From the NCBI GenBank assembly GCA_963702895.1, contig OY969767.1, positions 2,016,001-2,080,000 of the forward strand: a stretch of DNA of 64,000 bases, in the 5' to 3' direction. Positions 1 through 10,545 of the stretch are shown piece by piece; position 1 is the stretch's first letter; each line of letters begins with the position of its first letter. The position numbers and the translations under genes are program-made. The DNA is from an uncultured Elusimicrobia bacterium (GTDB lineage Bacteria; Elusimicrobiota; Elusimicrobia; 2-01-FULL-59-12). The notes beneath the pieces were generated by a model. That model was given only the letters and a program-made list of their open reading frames with translations, was not told the DNA's origin and made no database searches.

Positions 1-154
1 CAGCGTCGATGGCCGCCACCCGAAACCCCTGACGTTTCAGGGAGGCATAGATGGCGCGTCCCGTTTTAAGTGAAATCTCCCGCTCGGTGGAAGTCCCCCC
101 CATGAGCACGCCGATGCGTTGCTTTTTCAGCCAACTTCTAAAATCCCTCACCAT
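1..154 (-). CDS. ddl: D-alanine--D-alanine ligase, N-terminal part (runs off the window)
   Basis: Manual translation from ATG at 154 gives [32 protein letters not shown], the Ddl GGxSxERExSL motif. It follows murB. Confidence 0.9.
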   Translation of the reverse strand, partial: MVRDFRSWLKKQRIGVLMGGTSTEREISLKTGRAIYASLKRQGFRVAAIDA

Positions 155-1041
155 GCCCCCACAAGCTTCACTTCAGTCTCCAAACGAACACCGGATTGCT
201 TTTGGACGGTCTCCTGAATGTGTCGAATAAGGTCATAGACATCCTGGGCCTTTGCTGTTTCATTCGTCACGATAAAATTGGCGTGGCGCTCCGACACCCT
301 AGCTCCTCCCCTCATCATCCCCTTCAGACCCGCCTTTTCGATCCATTGAGCAGCAGGGCCTTCCGGGGGATTCTTAAAAACGGACCCACAATTAGCTGTC
401 GTAAGAGGCTGCGTGCGTGTGCGGTATTGGAGCAGCTCATCAAGGCGCTTCATTATAGAAGCCGGCTCGTCGGATTTCAAAATGAGCCTGGCGCCGACCA
501 CCCACTCCCCTTCTAAATTGGAATGCCGATAAGCGAAATGGCACGCACCCTGGGCGCGTTCCTCAATTTGGTCGTCACGACCGAGAACCTGAACGGACTG
601 AACGACGTCTCCGATCCAGCCTTCGCGGGTACCCGCGTTCATGACAAGCCCGCCACCGACCGTGCCCGGCACTCCGATCAGGGACTCGACACCGCTCAGA
701 CCCTTTTCAGCGGCCTGTTTGGCGAGCGTCGGCAACAGAACCCCTGCCCCGACTTGAACCGCCGTCCCGTGAAACTCCATGTTTCGGAAATCTCCCAGCA
801 AGTGGACCACCAGCCCGCGCACGCCTGCATCCGAAACGAGCAGGTTCGACCCGGCTCCCAGGAAAAAAACGGGGATTCGCTGCGACTGGCTAAAATGCCG
901 AAGAGCAAGGAGTTCTGCAAGCGTATGCACTTCGGCATAATAATCGGCCGGTCCACCCACGCGGAGGGTGGTGTGCTCAGAGAGGGGTTCCTGAGTCTTT
1001 AGCCCGGGAACGGCGCTACGAAAATCGTCAGCGAGGGACAT
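148..1041 (-). CDS. murB: UDP-N-acetylenolpyruvoylglucosamine reductase
   Basis: [38 protein letters not shown] and HANFI motifs; mur cluster context. Confidence 0.97.
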   Translation of the reverse strand: MSLADDFRSAVPGLKTQEPLSEHTTLRVGGPADYYAEVHTLAELLALRHFSQSQRIPVFFLGAGSNLLVSDAGVRGLVVHLLGDFRNMEFHGTAVQVGAGVLLPTLAKQAAEKGLSGVESLIGVPGTVGGGLVMNAGTREGWIGDVVQSVQVLGRDDQIEERAQGACHFAYRHSNLEGEWVVGARLILKSDEPASIMKRLDELLQYRTRTQPLTTANCGSVFKNPPEGPAAQWIEKAGLKGMMRGGARVSERHANFIVTNETAKAQDVYDLIRHIQETVQKQSGVRLETEVKLVGAW

Positions 1042-2416
1042 CTACCTTTCCCATCAACTGCTCACCGCACTTCCAGACATCACCGGCACCCAGTGTCAGC
1101 ACGACATCCCCCGGCAAAAGTTCCGCCCGAAACATATCCGCGGCAAAAGGCTTGGGAGCCATGGTCACCTTGGTGTGGACTTGCGGCATGGCTTTTACGA
1201 TCAGATCCGCTGTCACACCCGGAATGGGATCTTCGCCCGCGGGGTAGATGTCCATGACATAGACGCGGTCCGCTTGATCAAAAGAGTGAGCAAACTCGTT
1301 CCACAGCGCTTGGGTGCGGCTGAACCGATGGGGCTGGAACAACACCACGAGGCGCCGCTGGGGATAGCGATCACGAAGGGCGGAAAGGGTCGCACGGATC
1401 TCCGTGGGGTGGTGACCGTAGTCATCGATCACCGTCCAGCCGTCGCGTTCACCTTTCAATTCAAGACGCCGGCCCACTCCTTCAAAGGTCCCGAGACCTT
1501 CCGCAATCTGCTTAAAAGCGATCCCCACCTCAAGCCCTACAGCCACGGCAGCAAGGGCGTTCAGGATGTTGTGGCGCCCGGGCACTTGAAGCCGAACCTT
1601 GCCGAGAGACGTACCCTTTTCCAGGACCTCAAACTCGGAACAACCCTCAGGGAAACAGACGTTGGCGGCCTGGAGCCGGGCCGCCTGACCGAAACCATAG
1701 GTCACGATGCGACGGCTCATGCGCGCCAGATGCGCGCGCACATGCGGATCATCCAGGCACGCGATCACACACCCGTAAAACGGCACGCGCCCCGCGTATT
1801 CCACAAAGGCGTCCGCGATCTTATCGAACGTCCCATAAAAATCGAGATGATCATTGTCGATGTTGGTGATGACCGCCAAGGCCGGCGAAAGTTTAAGGAA
1901 TGAGCCGTCTGATTCGTCCGCTTCGGCCACGAGATACTCACCTTTGCCAAGACGCGCGCCAGAATCGAGATGCTTGAGCCTTCCCCCCACCACCACCGTG
2001 GGATCAAAACCGCCCGCTTGCAGAACGGAGGCAACCATGGAGGTCGTGGTTGTTTTGCCATGCGTGCCGGCAATCGCGATGGTGTACTTGAGACGCGCGA
2101 TCTCCGCGAGCATCTCGATGCGGGGAATGACCGGAATACTTTTGGTTTTGGCCGCCATCACTTCGGGGTTCTGAGAGGAAACGGCCGTCGAGGTCACGAC
2201 GACGTGAGCGCCCTCGATGTTCTGGGGGCGGTGCCCGATGGCAATCAGGACACCCAATTTTTCCAGACGATCGGTGACAGAGGTGGCTTTTAAATCGGAT
2301 CCGGAGACTTTATAGCCCAGGTTGAGGAGCACCTCCGCGATCCCGGACATGCCCGACCCGCCGATCCCGACAAAGTGAATGTGCTGAATTTTCTTAAACA
2401 TATTGTTAGCCGCCAT
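1028..2416 (-). CDS. murC: UDP-N-acetylmuramate--L-alanine ligase (start may be 2401)
   Basis: HFVGIGGSGMSG, GTHGKTTT, EADESD and DDYGHHP motifs. Confidence 0.97.
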   Translation of the reverse strand: MAANNMFKKIQHIHFVGIGGSGMSGIAEVLLNLGYKVSGSDLKATSVTDRLEKLGVLIAIGHRPQNIEGAHVVVTSTAVSSQNPEVMAAKTKSIPVIPRIEMLAEIARLKYTIAIAGTHGKTTTTSMVASVLQAGGFDPTVVVGGRLKHLDSGARLGKGEYLVAEADESDGSFLKLSPALAVITNIDNDHLDFYGTFDKIADAFVEYAGRVPFYGCVIACLDDPHVRAHLARMSRRIVTYGFGQAARLQAANVCFPEGCSEFEVLEKGTSLGKVRLQVPGRHNILNALAAVAVGLEVGIAFKQIAEGLGTFEGVGRRLELKGERDGWTVIDDYGHHPTEIRATLSALRDRYPQRRLVVLFQPHRFSRTQALWNEFAHSFDQADRVYVMDIYPAGEDPIPGVTADLIVKAMPQVHTKVTMAPKPFAADMFRAELLPGDVVLTLGAGDVWKCGEQLMGKVDVPR

Positions 2417-2458
2417 CCCGATCCCGGCATGCTGTCTGCGGGGATGAGATCATCACTC

Positions 2459-3649
2459 CTAGACGATCTGTAGTATTGCAAATTTCAAATATTCTGTCTC
2501 TGGCATCGCCAAAAGGATGGGATGGTCCTTGGCTTGCGAGCGCAGCTCCACGAGCCGTATTTGGCGTCCCGCCTTCCTGGCTGCATGACGTAACATTTCG
2601 AGAAAGAGTTCCCGGCTCATGTGGTGAGAGCAAGAAGAGGTGGCCAGGAGCCCTCCTCGAGGCAAAGCCTTCATGGCAAGCGTATTCAGCTTCTCATAGG
2701 CTTTCAGGGCCAAGGGTAAATGCTTTTTCGAACGGGCATAGGCCGGTGGATCAATCGAGATCACGTCAAAGGGTCCGCCCGGATTTTCATGCGCGAGCAG
2801 CGCCAGGGCATCGCCCTCCACGCAGGTGGCGCGCGCCGAGAGCCCGTTGAGTTCCGCATTCGCCTGAGCAAGCTCGAGCGCCGCGTGCGCACTCTCCACG
2901 AAAACAACCTCGCGTGCGCCGGCGCGTCCTGCCGCAATCCCAAAGCCGCCCGAATAAGAGAAAGCGTCCAGCACCCTTCTGCCCGCACAAAAAGCAGCGA
3001 GCGCTTGCCGGTTATCCCGCTGGTCAAAATAAAATCCGGTCTTCTGCCCCGCGAGCGGATCGACCCAAAACTTTCCATTTTCGGTTTCAATCTGAACCCG
3101 GCCCGTGAGTGACCCGTGGACCACGCGGGGCACTTCCATGGCAAGGCCTTCCAGTTCCCGCAGGGAAGAGTCCGCCCGCCAAACAATCGTTTCGACGCGG
3201 AGGACCTTTTGCAGGGCCGCCACGATCCAATCGCGGCACGACTCCATCCCGGCAGCGATCGCTTGAACGACAACGCAGGCCCCAAAACGGTCGACAATCA
3301 GACCAGGCAGCCGGTCTCCTTCACCAAAAATCAGCCGGTAGGCTTGTGTTCCCGGGTAAAGCTTTTCTCTCCAGGTGAGCGCCTCCTGAAAGCGCTTTGC
3401 AAAGAAAGATTCATTGATTTCCTCTTTTTGGCTCGAAAGAATCCGGAATGCTATCAACGCATGAGGATGGTAGAAACCGCGACCCAGAAAGCCGGAGCGC
3501 GCATGAAGAAGGTCCGCGATCATGCCCGCGGAGGCGTTCTCGGGCCGTTTTTCAATTTCATTGGAGAAAGCCCAGAGGTGGCCTGCCAGCAGACGGCCCT
3601 CTTCCTTGGGCTTTAAGACAACGGAAGGTAAATCAGAGATGTGCGTCAA
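2459..3649 (-). CDS. RlmI-type class I SAM-dependent rRNA m5C methyltransferase
   Basis: PUA-like N-terminus (GHLWAFSNEI), EGDRLPGLIVDRF, GQKTGFYFDQRDNR, DPPAY, SSCS and PETEYLK. Confidence 0.88.
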   Translation of the reverse strand: MTHISDLPSVVLKPKEEGRLLAGHLWAFSNEIEKRPENASAGMIADLLHARSGFLGRGFYHPHALIAFRILSSQKEEINESFFAKRFQEALTWREKLYPGTQAYRLIFGEGDRLPGLIVDRFGACVVVQAIAAGMESCRDWIVAALQKVLRVETIVWRADSSLRELEGLAMEVPRVVHGSLTGRVQIETENGKFWVDPLAGQKTGFYFDQRDNRQALAAFCAGRRVLDAFSYSGGFGIAAGRAGAREVVFVESAHAALELAQANAELNGLSARATCVEGDALALLAHENPGGPFDVISIDPPAYARSKKHLPLALKAYEKLNTLAMKALPRGGLLATSSCSHHMSRELFLEMLRHAARKAGRQIRLVELRSQAKDHPILLAMPETEYLKFAILQIV

Positions 3650-4154
3650 GCCACTTGCGGACTTGCTGCTTGACCTGCTGATAGTTCGCCTTGGTCAGCA
3701 CGATCGTCTCCGTATCCGAGAGTTTCTTGACCTGATCGGAGAAGGGCTGCGACTCCGCGCGGATCGTGGCGAGCACGGGCTTGGTCGAGGTCAGACATTC
3801 CAGGAGCGTCTGGCGGAAACGCTCAGACATCATTTCCATGGCTCCGATCTCATCGATCACCACCAGGTCCTTGGTCATGAGAGCGAGCTTGAGCGCCGGG
3901 ATGCCGACATTTTCAAGCGCGTTGATGTCCACCCCATATTTGCCCAGCTGGTGAGGACTCTTCATGCCCTTGGTGGCCAAGACGCGTTCCTGCCCGTCAA
4001 AGGTGCGCATCATGAAACCCTTGCGCATGCGCCCCGCAAGAATGTGTTCCGTATAAAACCCTCCGATTCGGTGGCGCTTGGCGAGCGACACTTCACGCAG
4101 AAGCATGGTTTTCCCCACACCGGGGGTCCCTGCGATAAAGAGGTTCTTGGTCAC
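3633..4154 (-). CDS. Nucleoside triphosphatase (THEP1/NTPase_1 family)
   Basis: GTPGVGKT Walker A, GGFYT, GKYGVD, VIDEIGAME. GTG start at 4154 overlaps the queE stop (GTGA); the longer ORF extension overlaps queE. Confidence 0.88.
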   Translation of the reverse strand: MTKNLFIAGTPGVGKTMLLREVSLAKRHRIGGFYTEHILAGRMRKGFMMRTFDGQERVLATKGMKSPHQLGKYGVDINALENVGIPALKLALMTKDLVVIDEIGAMEMMSERFRQTLLECLTSTKPVLATIRAESQPFSDQVKKLSDTETIVLTKANYQQVKQQVRKWLDAHL

Positions 4155-4870
4155 GGTATCGCCCATAATCGATGCACTTGAGGAAGAATGCGCACGTCGC
4201 AGAGCTGCCGCGTCGCCAGGGCCCACCAGGACGCCAAGCGCCCCAGAGGAATGGCCTGCACGCGATTCCACGGAGTGGCCGGCTGGAGCACCAGGGGAAT
4301 ATCGCGCCGCACGCCACTGATCAAATCCACGACGTGCCGCAACTCCTCTTCCCTCGTGTTTGCGGTGAGAACCATTTTGGTGAAGATTTTGTTTTCGCCC
4401 ATTCTGAGAAACCATCGATGTGCCTCCCATAAGTCGCGGCCAACCGCGCTTTCCGGCTTGACGTCCATCGCGATCCAGTCGCACCCCTCGACAATGCGTT
4501 CCAACGCCTGGGGCAAGGTACCGTTGGTTTCTAAATAAACTTGGCGTCCCTGCTTGCGGAGTTCGGGGAGCAACTGCTCCAGAAACCCGACTTGCAGGAG
4601 AGGCTCCCCCCCTGTCAGGGAAACCGCTCGGGTCCGCCTCTCGGGATCCAGCTGGGAGATCCGTTCCAAAAGGCTTCTCGGGTCCCACCTGTGGCCCACG
4701 TCCAAAGGGATGCTTTCGGGCGTATCACAGTAATCGCAAACGAGATTACAGCCGCCAAAACGCACAAACAGATGAGGGTCGCCGACACAGATGCCTTCCC
4801 CCTGACGGCTTATAAAAAGATCCAGGACCGGCGCTTCCACATCCACGGCCAAGGCTGTTGCGGCGCTCAC
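4151..4870 (-). CDS. queE: 7-carboxy-7-deazaguanine synthase (radical SAM)
   Basis: SRQGEG, FVRFGGCNLVCDYCDT (CxxxCxxC), TGGEPLLQ, LETNG, PQVH. GTG start overlaps the queD stop. Confidence 0.9.
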   Translation of the reverse strand: MSAATALAVDVEAPVLDLFISRQGEGICVGDPHLFVRFGGCNLVCDYCDTPESIPLDVGHRWDPRSLLERISQLDPERRTRAVSLTGGEPLLQVGFLEQLLPELRKQGRQVYLETNGTLPQALERIVEGCDWIAMDVKPESAVGRDLWEAHRWFLRMGENKIFTKMVLTANTREEELRHVVDLISGVRRDIPLVLQPATPWNRVQAIPLGRLASWWALATRQLCDVRILPQVHRLWAIP

Positions 4871-5250
4871 TGAATAATCCGGGCGGCCGCTTCCGGGGTC
4901 TCCCAAACCGTCACCGACACCAGTCTCACGCCTGGTTCACGCCAGCGGCGCTTCAGTTCTTGGCTAATGTAGAGGGCGATATTTTCCGCGCTGGGATTTT
5001 CCTTCGTGAAAGGCGGAACCTCGTTTAGATTGCCTAAATCGAACCGCGCAACCGTCGCCCGCAAGGCCTTGCGCAAAGCAACGAAATCCGTGACATATTT
5101 TACCTTGTTTTGAAGTCTTTTTGCCTCCACGACGATTTGGACACGGTAGTTATGCCCGTGGAGCGGCTCGGTTTTCCCATGGTAATGGCGCAGGGCGTGG
5201 GCACTCGAAAAGTGATCCTCGACGATAACCTGATAGCGGATCATCACCAT
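4867..5250 (-). CDS. queD: 6-carboxytetrahydropterin synthase
   Basis: FSSAHAL, LHGHNY, NPSAENIA and VWET motifs; adjacent to queE. Confidence 0.9.
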   Translation of the reverse strand: MVMIRYQVIVEDHFSSAHALRHYHGKTEPLHGHNYRVQIVVEAKRLQNKVKYVTDFVALRKALRATVARFDLGNLNEVPPFTKENPSAENIALYISQELKRRWREPGVRLVSVTVWETPEAAARIIQ

Positions 5251-6053
5251 TGGCTGATGTCAACCCGCCGAACCCCCGGCAGGCCCTGCCCCAAAAAGCG
5301 TTGCCCAATCTTCTCGAACTTTTCCGGGGAGTCACTGACAAAGAACCGCCTCACGGGTGCCCCTGCCTCCGATGTCCCCAGATGAAGGCGATGGAGCTCC
5401 TGGCCGACTTGACGAGCCGTTTCCTCAGCGGAATCAATCAAGCGCACCTGAGGGCCCGCCACCTTCGACAGGAGAGATTTTAAAAGTGGGTAATGGGTGC
5501 AGCCCAGAACCATGGTGTCAATCTGGTTCTTGAGCAAGGGGTCAAGATATTCTTTGACAATCTCAAGCGCAACAGGCTTCTCAAGCCATCCTTCTTCAAC
5601 GAGAGGCACGATCAGCGGACAGGCCTGCCCAAACACATGAGCATCGACTTTGAGCTGGTGGATCGCCTCGGTATAGGCTTGGCTTTCGATGGTGCCTTCC
5701 GTCCCGATGACGCCAATGCGTCCCGTATGCGTGGCGCCCAGCGCGGCCTGAGCTCCCGGCTCGATCACGCCGACGATCGGAATGTCAAAACGGGACCGCA
5801 GGGCCGGCAAAGCGAAGGCGCTCGCTGTATTGCAGGCGACGATAATCATTTTCACTTTCTCCTGCAACAAGAACTGAGCGATCTGGAGAGAAAAGCGGGT
5901 AATCACATCCCTTGATTTGGATCCATAGGGCACACGGGCGGTATCCCCAAAGTAGAGGGTGGACTCCTGCGGCAGCTGCCGGACAACCTCGCGCAACACC
6001 GTCAGTCCTCCAACCCCCGAATCAAAGAGCCCGATGGGCCATAAACGATTCAT
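5244..6053 (-). CDS. murI: Glutamate racemase
   Basis: FDSGVGGLTV, PYGSKS, ACNTAS and LGCTHYP. Confidence 0.97.
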   Translation of the reverse strand: MNRLWPIGLFDSGVGGLTVLREVVRQLPQESTLYFGDTARVPYGSKSRDVITRFSLQIAQFLLQEKVKMIIVACNTASAFALPALRSRFDIPIVGVIEPGAQAALGATHTGRIGVIGTEGTIESQAYTEAIHQLKVDAHVFGQACPLIVPLVEEGWLEKPVALEIVKEYLDPLLKNQIDTMVLGCTHYPLLKSLLSKVAGPQVRLIDSAEETARQVGQELHRLHLGTSEAGAPVRRFFVSDSPEKFEKIGQRFLGQGLPGVRRVDISQW

Positions 6054-7285
6054 GTGCGCTCCTTCTGCTTGCGTACGTCATAAGCGGCAATTCCCGCGGC
6101 AAGCCCTTCCACCATTTTCTTTCTGAAGCTGGATGATTGGAGAAGACGTTCTTCATGACGATTGGAGACAAACGCCATTTCAACGAGTACCGCGGGCATC
6201 TCCGCGCCGCGAAGAACGTAAAAGGCGGCCTGTTTGACCCCCAGGGAAGGGACGGAGAGCCTTTCCGACAGATGCCGATCCAGAAGGGAACCCGCCGCGG
6301 ACGCTTCGTTGATGTTGGCTGTAATCTGAAGAGATCGGAGCACTTGTTTCAACCGACTGGGCGTTGGAAGCTCCTTGCCTTCCAGAGCCAGCACGGCGTT
6401 CTCCAGGCGGGCAACAGCGTCCGCGTGCGAATCCGAAGCGCGTTCGGAAAGAAAATAAACCTCAAAACCTTTACGGCGCGGGGAGGAGGAGGCGTTGCAG
6501 TGCAGGGAAATAAAGAGGTCCGCATGATGCTTGTTGGCGAGGCGCGCGCGTTCTTCAAGTGGGACAAACGAGTCGTCCATGCGCGTCAGAAGCACCTCAT
6601 ACCCATAGGCTTCGCGCAAAGAGTCCGCCAGATCAAGCGCCATGCGGAGGTTAATGTCTTTCTCAAGGGAGCCCTCCGGGCCTATCGCACCGGGGTCCTT
6701 GCCACCGTGTCCCGGATCAATCGCGATGCGCCGAAGGGCCTTGGCTTGCCGGGGAGGATCCACCTTGACGGCCGCTGCGGCTGGAGGACTGGAGATTTTC
6801 AAATTCGCAGAGTTGTTTCGATCAATGGGCCGACGCGAGGCCTCCTGCTCTTCGTCGGAAAGTGGCCCGATGAGCCGCGCCTTAGTCCGTTGAGTAAAAG
6901 TGGGTGACGAAAAGAAGTTGAGCGGGACCCAAAAGCCGTCTTCATTTTTGAGAGCCGGCGCCTCCATCAAGAACTCGCGCCCCGTCAACACAACTTTCGG
7001 CGAATCCGCTGTAAAACGAAAAATTTGTCTCGGAGTGGACAATTGAGCGCTTTTCGATGGAGGGAGGGGTTCAAGACGTCCATTTAAAATCGCGGCGACC
7101 TGGACCAGAAGGACATACGCGGTACCGCTATAGTCCTGGACCCGAAGGAAAGTTCTCCATTCCGGGACGGAATTCGGGGTCGCTTGGGGCCCCTCTTGAA
7201 CAACCGTCACCAACTCTTGGCGGTAGGCACCCTGGACGAAACAGGCCATTCCAAGAAGGAGCATGAAGGCACGAAAAACACACAT
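6050..7285 (-). CDS. N-acetylmuramoyl-L-alanine amidase (Amidase_3) with signal peptide
   Basis: IDPGHGGKDPGA, EKDINL, FISLHCNA, FYVLRGAEMPAVLVE. Confidence 0.92.
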   Translation of the reverse strand: MCVFRAFMLLLGMACFVQGAYRQELVTVVQEGPQATPNSVPEWRTFLRVQDYSGTAYVLLVQVAAILNGRLEPLPPSKSAQLSTPRQIFRFTADSPKVVLTGREFLMEAPALKNEDGFWVPLNFFSSPTFTQRTKARLIGPLSDEEQEASRRPIDRNNSANLKISSPPAAAAVKVDPPRQAKALRRIAIDPGHGGKDPGAIGPEGSLEKDINLRMALDLADSLREAYGYEVLLTRMDDSFVPLEERARLANKHHADLFISLHCNASSSPRRKGFEVYFLSERASDSHADAVARLENAVLALEGKELPTPSRLKQVLRSLQITANINEASAAGSLLDRHLSERLSVPSLGVKQAAFYVLRGAEMPAVLVEMAFVSNRHEERLLQSSSFRKKMVEGLAAGIAAYDVRKQKERT

Positions 7286-7319
7286 ATCCGTGCAATTTTA
7301 GCATTTCGCTTCGAGGCGG

Positions 7320-10300
7320 CTAACGGAGCTCGATATCGACGCGCAGGTATTGACCGTCGCGAAGCGCGCGCGCTTGACGATCCGGAAGGAACCGGCCCTC
7401 ATGGGTCGTGATGCGACCCTCTTGGGAATGTAATTTGAAACGAATGACTTTTAAACCGCGTCCGGCAAAAGTATCTTGGCGGGAGGGATTGTGATAGACG
7501 ATCCAGGTCTGACTGAAGAGCCGGAAGGCGAAAGTCCCCTTGTCAAAGGACTCGTGAGCGCGTCCGCTAAAAAACCTTCCCGGAAGTGTCGGCTGTGGTT
7601 CAAAGCGAAGAGCGCCGTCCGTACACTTGAAGGGTTCAGCTCCAAGACCCATGAACAGGATCATGCTGAGCCATTCCGCTGTTGAACCGGAGAGCCTGGC
7701 AACAAATCCTGTTCCATGCAGGCGAGCATCCGGGAAGGAACTGGATGCGATAAAAGAGGAATTTTCGAAAGTTGATCGGCCATAGACCGCCGGATTCATA
7801 AAGGCCACAATGCCGTGCTTCATTTCCTGAAAGAATTCCTCGACGAGACCCGCGCGAAGGAGTTCCAGCATAAACTTGTAATGCATATGGAGGAAGATGG
7901 ACTCATTTTCAAGCCACCCTGGTGTGAAGATCTTGTTTCGGCCGATTTCGTAGGTCTCCCGAACCAAGGGAACGTTGAGCTTGTACATCTTCAGTTTTCG
8001 GTCAAAAAGCTCTGAAGCGCGCACGGCTTTATAGATCTTGCGAGCGTGCTGCACGTCACGGGCCAGGCGCATGGCATGCATAGGCCCTTCGAGAAACGGG
8101 CTCAAGGGGATTTGCTTAAAACGCAACGCTTTCACGTGCTGGAGGGGAGCGCCGTCGGCATCATCGGATCGTTGAGGAAGCGGCAGTTTTTCGTATTCCG
8201 TGACCTCGTTGATGAAATATGTAATGCAGAGCCCATCTGCGCCCACGGCCCGGCCCAGACCCGTGGACAGGACTGCGTCCACTTGCTTGAGAAAGGCTTC
8301 GATATCCCCACGTGCAAGGGATTGTTCCTGGCCGCTCACGCCCATCCAGGTCTTTTGGCGGAACCTTTCTTTCAAGGAAGCCAGTGTGTCCCAGGTACGG
8401 TAAAAATCATCCTGTCGCGCAAGCGCAAGCGCTTCTTGCACGGCTTTAAGGAGTTCCGCCACTTCTTCTGCCAGCTGAAGCCTATCGGACTCCATCATGC
8501 AGGCCGGCAAATGGCGTCTCACAAAGGCGATCCAGCGCCTCAATTCGAGGGCTTCATTCACGGAAGAACCCAAGAGCCCCGGCAAGCCGTTGAGCGCGTC
8601 ACACCAGCCCGGTCGGTCTGCTTCCATCTCAATGCCGACCCCAAAGGGGTCCAGGGACGCCGCTTTGATCGCTAAGAGCCCCAGGATTTTCGCCAGCAGG
8701 GTGGTGTGGTAGACAGGACCCGTGCCACCTTTGGTACGCACCTTATGCGGCTCCTCTTTACGCCCGCGTAAGAGGTGGGTCTTTGCCGGATCGCGCCAGA
8801 CCGCGTGCATCTGTCGGACAGCGCCGTCCTGACGCAGCACATATTTTTTCTCGCGCGGCCGCACCGCGTGGTCGTTATCGTAAAAAGTGAAATCGTTTTT
8901 CTCGACCAGCAAGGCCTTCAGTTGATCCGGATAGATCGCAGCAAAACTCTCCAGGTGGTCGAGGTTGTACGTCCAGTGATCGACCCAGAAGCCCTCGCCG
9001 TGCGAAGCGTCCTGGACCCTGGGGGCCGATGCTAATTGTCGCTCCAGTTCCTGGAAGGCTTGCTCGCGGGATGGGGTGCTCTCCAAAAGTTTCTCAAAGA
9101 GCTCGCTCGGCCGCACGTACTTCCCTTTGACAAGGTATCGTTCATACTGGAAGAGCAGTGGATTAAACCCATCGAGCTGAAGCAAATTAAAAAATGTCTC
9201 GACGTTGCTGGATCCCACACCCGCATGGAGGTAAGTCTCTGAACGACGATTCTGATTGACATCGCGGAAACTCCCATTGCCTTGAGAAAAGTAGCTCGGA
9301 GCGACCTCAAAGAAATTGTAATCCCTCTCCATATCCCCGTGTTTCCGGGAATACGCGTGATAGATCTGAGTTTTATTTCCATCCCGGAAGAGGATGGGCT
9401 GACCGCCACGAAGGACGTTGTCGAGGTAGGTCTGCCGGCTATAAGCGTCCAGGGCCGGCGAACCGGTATGAATGGCAAAGGCGTCTGTGATCTGGGACAA
9501 GACCGATGCGTTTTCCTCTCGTTTCAACTCTCCATACTTCGGGCTGGCTTGGACGCGCTGGCGAAAAGCCAGAGCCGCAGGCCAGGCACCCGCCTGACCG
9601 TAATAAGAGAACAGCTTTGCGGACTCACCGGGCTTGATCGAGAGCGGTGTATAGGAAAACGCCGAGGCAAAGCAGGATTCCGTGCGCTGCCCTCGAAAGG
9701 AGAGCGCCCTGCCTGCGGCAAAGACCGTCGGAGTCTGAAAGCTCGTCTCCTGGCCAAAGAGGGTGCCAGGGTCAACCAGGATGTCCAAACTTCGACCTTT
9801 CATGATCGAGAAGGAAAAGAAACCGCCTTCAATCCATTGCACTTCGGGTTTGTCTGAAGGTTCGGTTTTTAACTTGAAAAAAGGAAGTTTCTCATCCACG
9901 TGCGGGACTTCGGCAAAGGCCTCCATCGTCCGGGACATATGCTTGAGGAGGTAGTCGTTGAGACCGAACGGCACGATCTGCGGCAGGCCGTCGACCATTT
10001 CCCCTTGAAAGCTTTGGCCTCTGAGATTGTCCACCTGGACCTCACGCAGAAGCACGGGCAACGCCTCATTCGGCGCATTGAAAAACACCACCCTCACACG
10101 CAGGCCGAAATCCTGGTGGGTCTCTTCGAGCTCGATTTCATGGGGACGAATCGTGAGAGACTGTTTGACCTTGGGACCGGCATTGACCCTAAACGGCTCA
10201 TACAACACCGTTTGAGTGCCTTTTTTAAAACGAACAAACGTCCGAAACCCAAGGAGCGGTGTCATCGCATAAGCCTTATTGGCGGGATAGAACTCAAGCA

Positions 10301-10511
10301 TGGCGCCATTTTTATTGTGCACGCCAAAACTCGAAATACACTGTCCGCGGTTGGTGTAAAACACCCACATCGGCTTGCCAAAAAGGCATGAGATTCCTGG
10401 CAGAAAACTCGAGAAAGGGCGCGCCTGATGATAATCTTCAATGACAAACGCGTTCTGTTGGATGGAATATTTGGGACTCATTTTGGGCGCTATTGTACCA
10501 GAAAGTGTCAC
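7320..10511 (-). CDS. Large glycoside phosphorylase, probably GH161-like beta-1,3-glucan phosphorylase (start may be 10481)
   Basis: About 1060 aa with YSRKHGDMERDYN, SQGNGSFRDVNQNRR, WVDHWTYNLD, GWCDALNGLPG and GWLENESIFLHM. These are recalled as typical of this 'cellobiose phosphorylase'-annotated family. Confidence 0.65.
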   Translation of the reverse strand: MTLSGTIAPKMSPKYSIQQNAFVIEDYHQARPFSSFLPGISCLFGKPMWVFYTNRGQCISSFGVHNKNGAMLEFYPANKAYAMTPLLGFRTFVRFKKGTQTVLYEPFRVNAGPKVKQSLTIRPHEIELEETHQDFGLRVRVVFFNAPNEALPVLLREVQVDNLRGQSFQGEMVDGLPQIVPFGLNDYLLKHMSRTMEAFAEVPHVDEKLPFFKLKTEPSDKPEVQWIEGGFFSFSIMKGRSLDILVDPGTLFGQETSFQTPTVFAAGRALSFRGQRTESCFASAFSYTPLSIKPGESAKLFSYYGQAGAWPAALAFRQRVQASPKYGELKREENASVLSQITDAFAIHTGSPALDAYSRQTYLDNVLRGGQPILFRDGNKTQIYHAYSRKHGDMERDYNFFEVAPSYFSQGNGSFRDVNQNRRSETYLHAGVGSSNVETFFNLLQLDGFNPLLFQYERYLVKGKYVRPSELFEKLLESTPSREQAFQELERQLASAPRVQDASHGEGFWVDHWTYNLDHLESFAAIYPDQLKALLVEKNDFTFYDNDHAVRPREKKYVLRQDGAVRQMHAVWRDPAKTHLLRGRKEEPHKVRTKGGTGPVYHTTLLAKILGLLAIKAASLDPFGVGIEMEADRPGWCDALNGLPGLLGSSVNEALELRRWIAFVRRHLPACMMESDRLQLAEEVAELLKAVQEALALARQDDFYRTWDTLASLKERFRQKTWMGVSGQEQSLARGDIEAFLKQVDAVLSTGLGRAVGADGLCITYFINEVTEYEKLPLPQRSDDADGAPLQHVKALRFKQIPLSPFLEGPMHAMRLARDVQHARKIYKAVRASELFDRKLKMYKLNVPLVRETYEIGRNKIFTPGWLENESIFLHMHYKFMLELLRAGLVEEFFQEMKHGIVAFMNPAVYGRSTFENSSFIASSSFPDARLHGTGFVARLSGSTAEWLSMILFMGLGAEPFKCTDGALRFEPQPTLPGRFFSGRAHESFDKGTFAFRLFSQTWIVYHNPSRQDTFAGRGLKVIRFKLHSQEGRITTHEGRFLPDRQARALRDGQYLRVDIELR

Positions 10512-10545
10512 GACCCCTTATAGAAATGGCCGGGCGATGTCGATG

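Noticed and set aside
4155..4688. N-terminal extension of the NTPase ORF (similarly 15326-15466, 48098-48178, 60752-60919 and 63413-63634)
   Set aside because: These overlap neighbouring genes or palindromic repeats and have low-complexity translations; better starts exist downstream.
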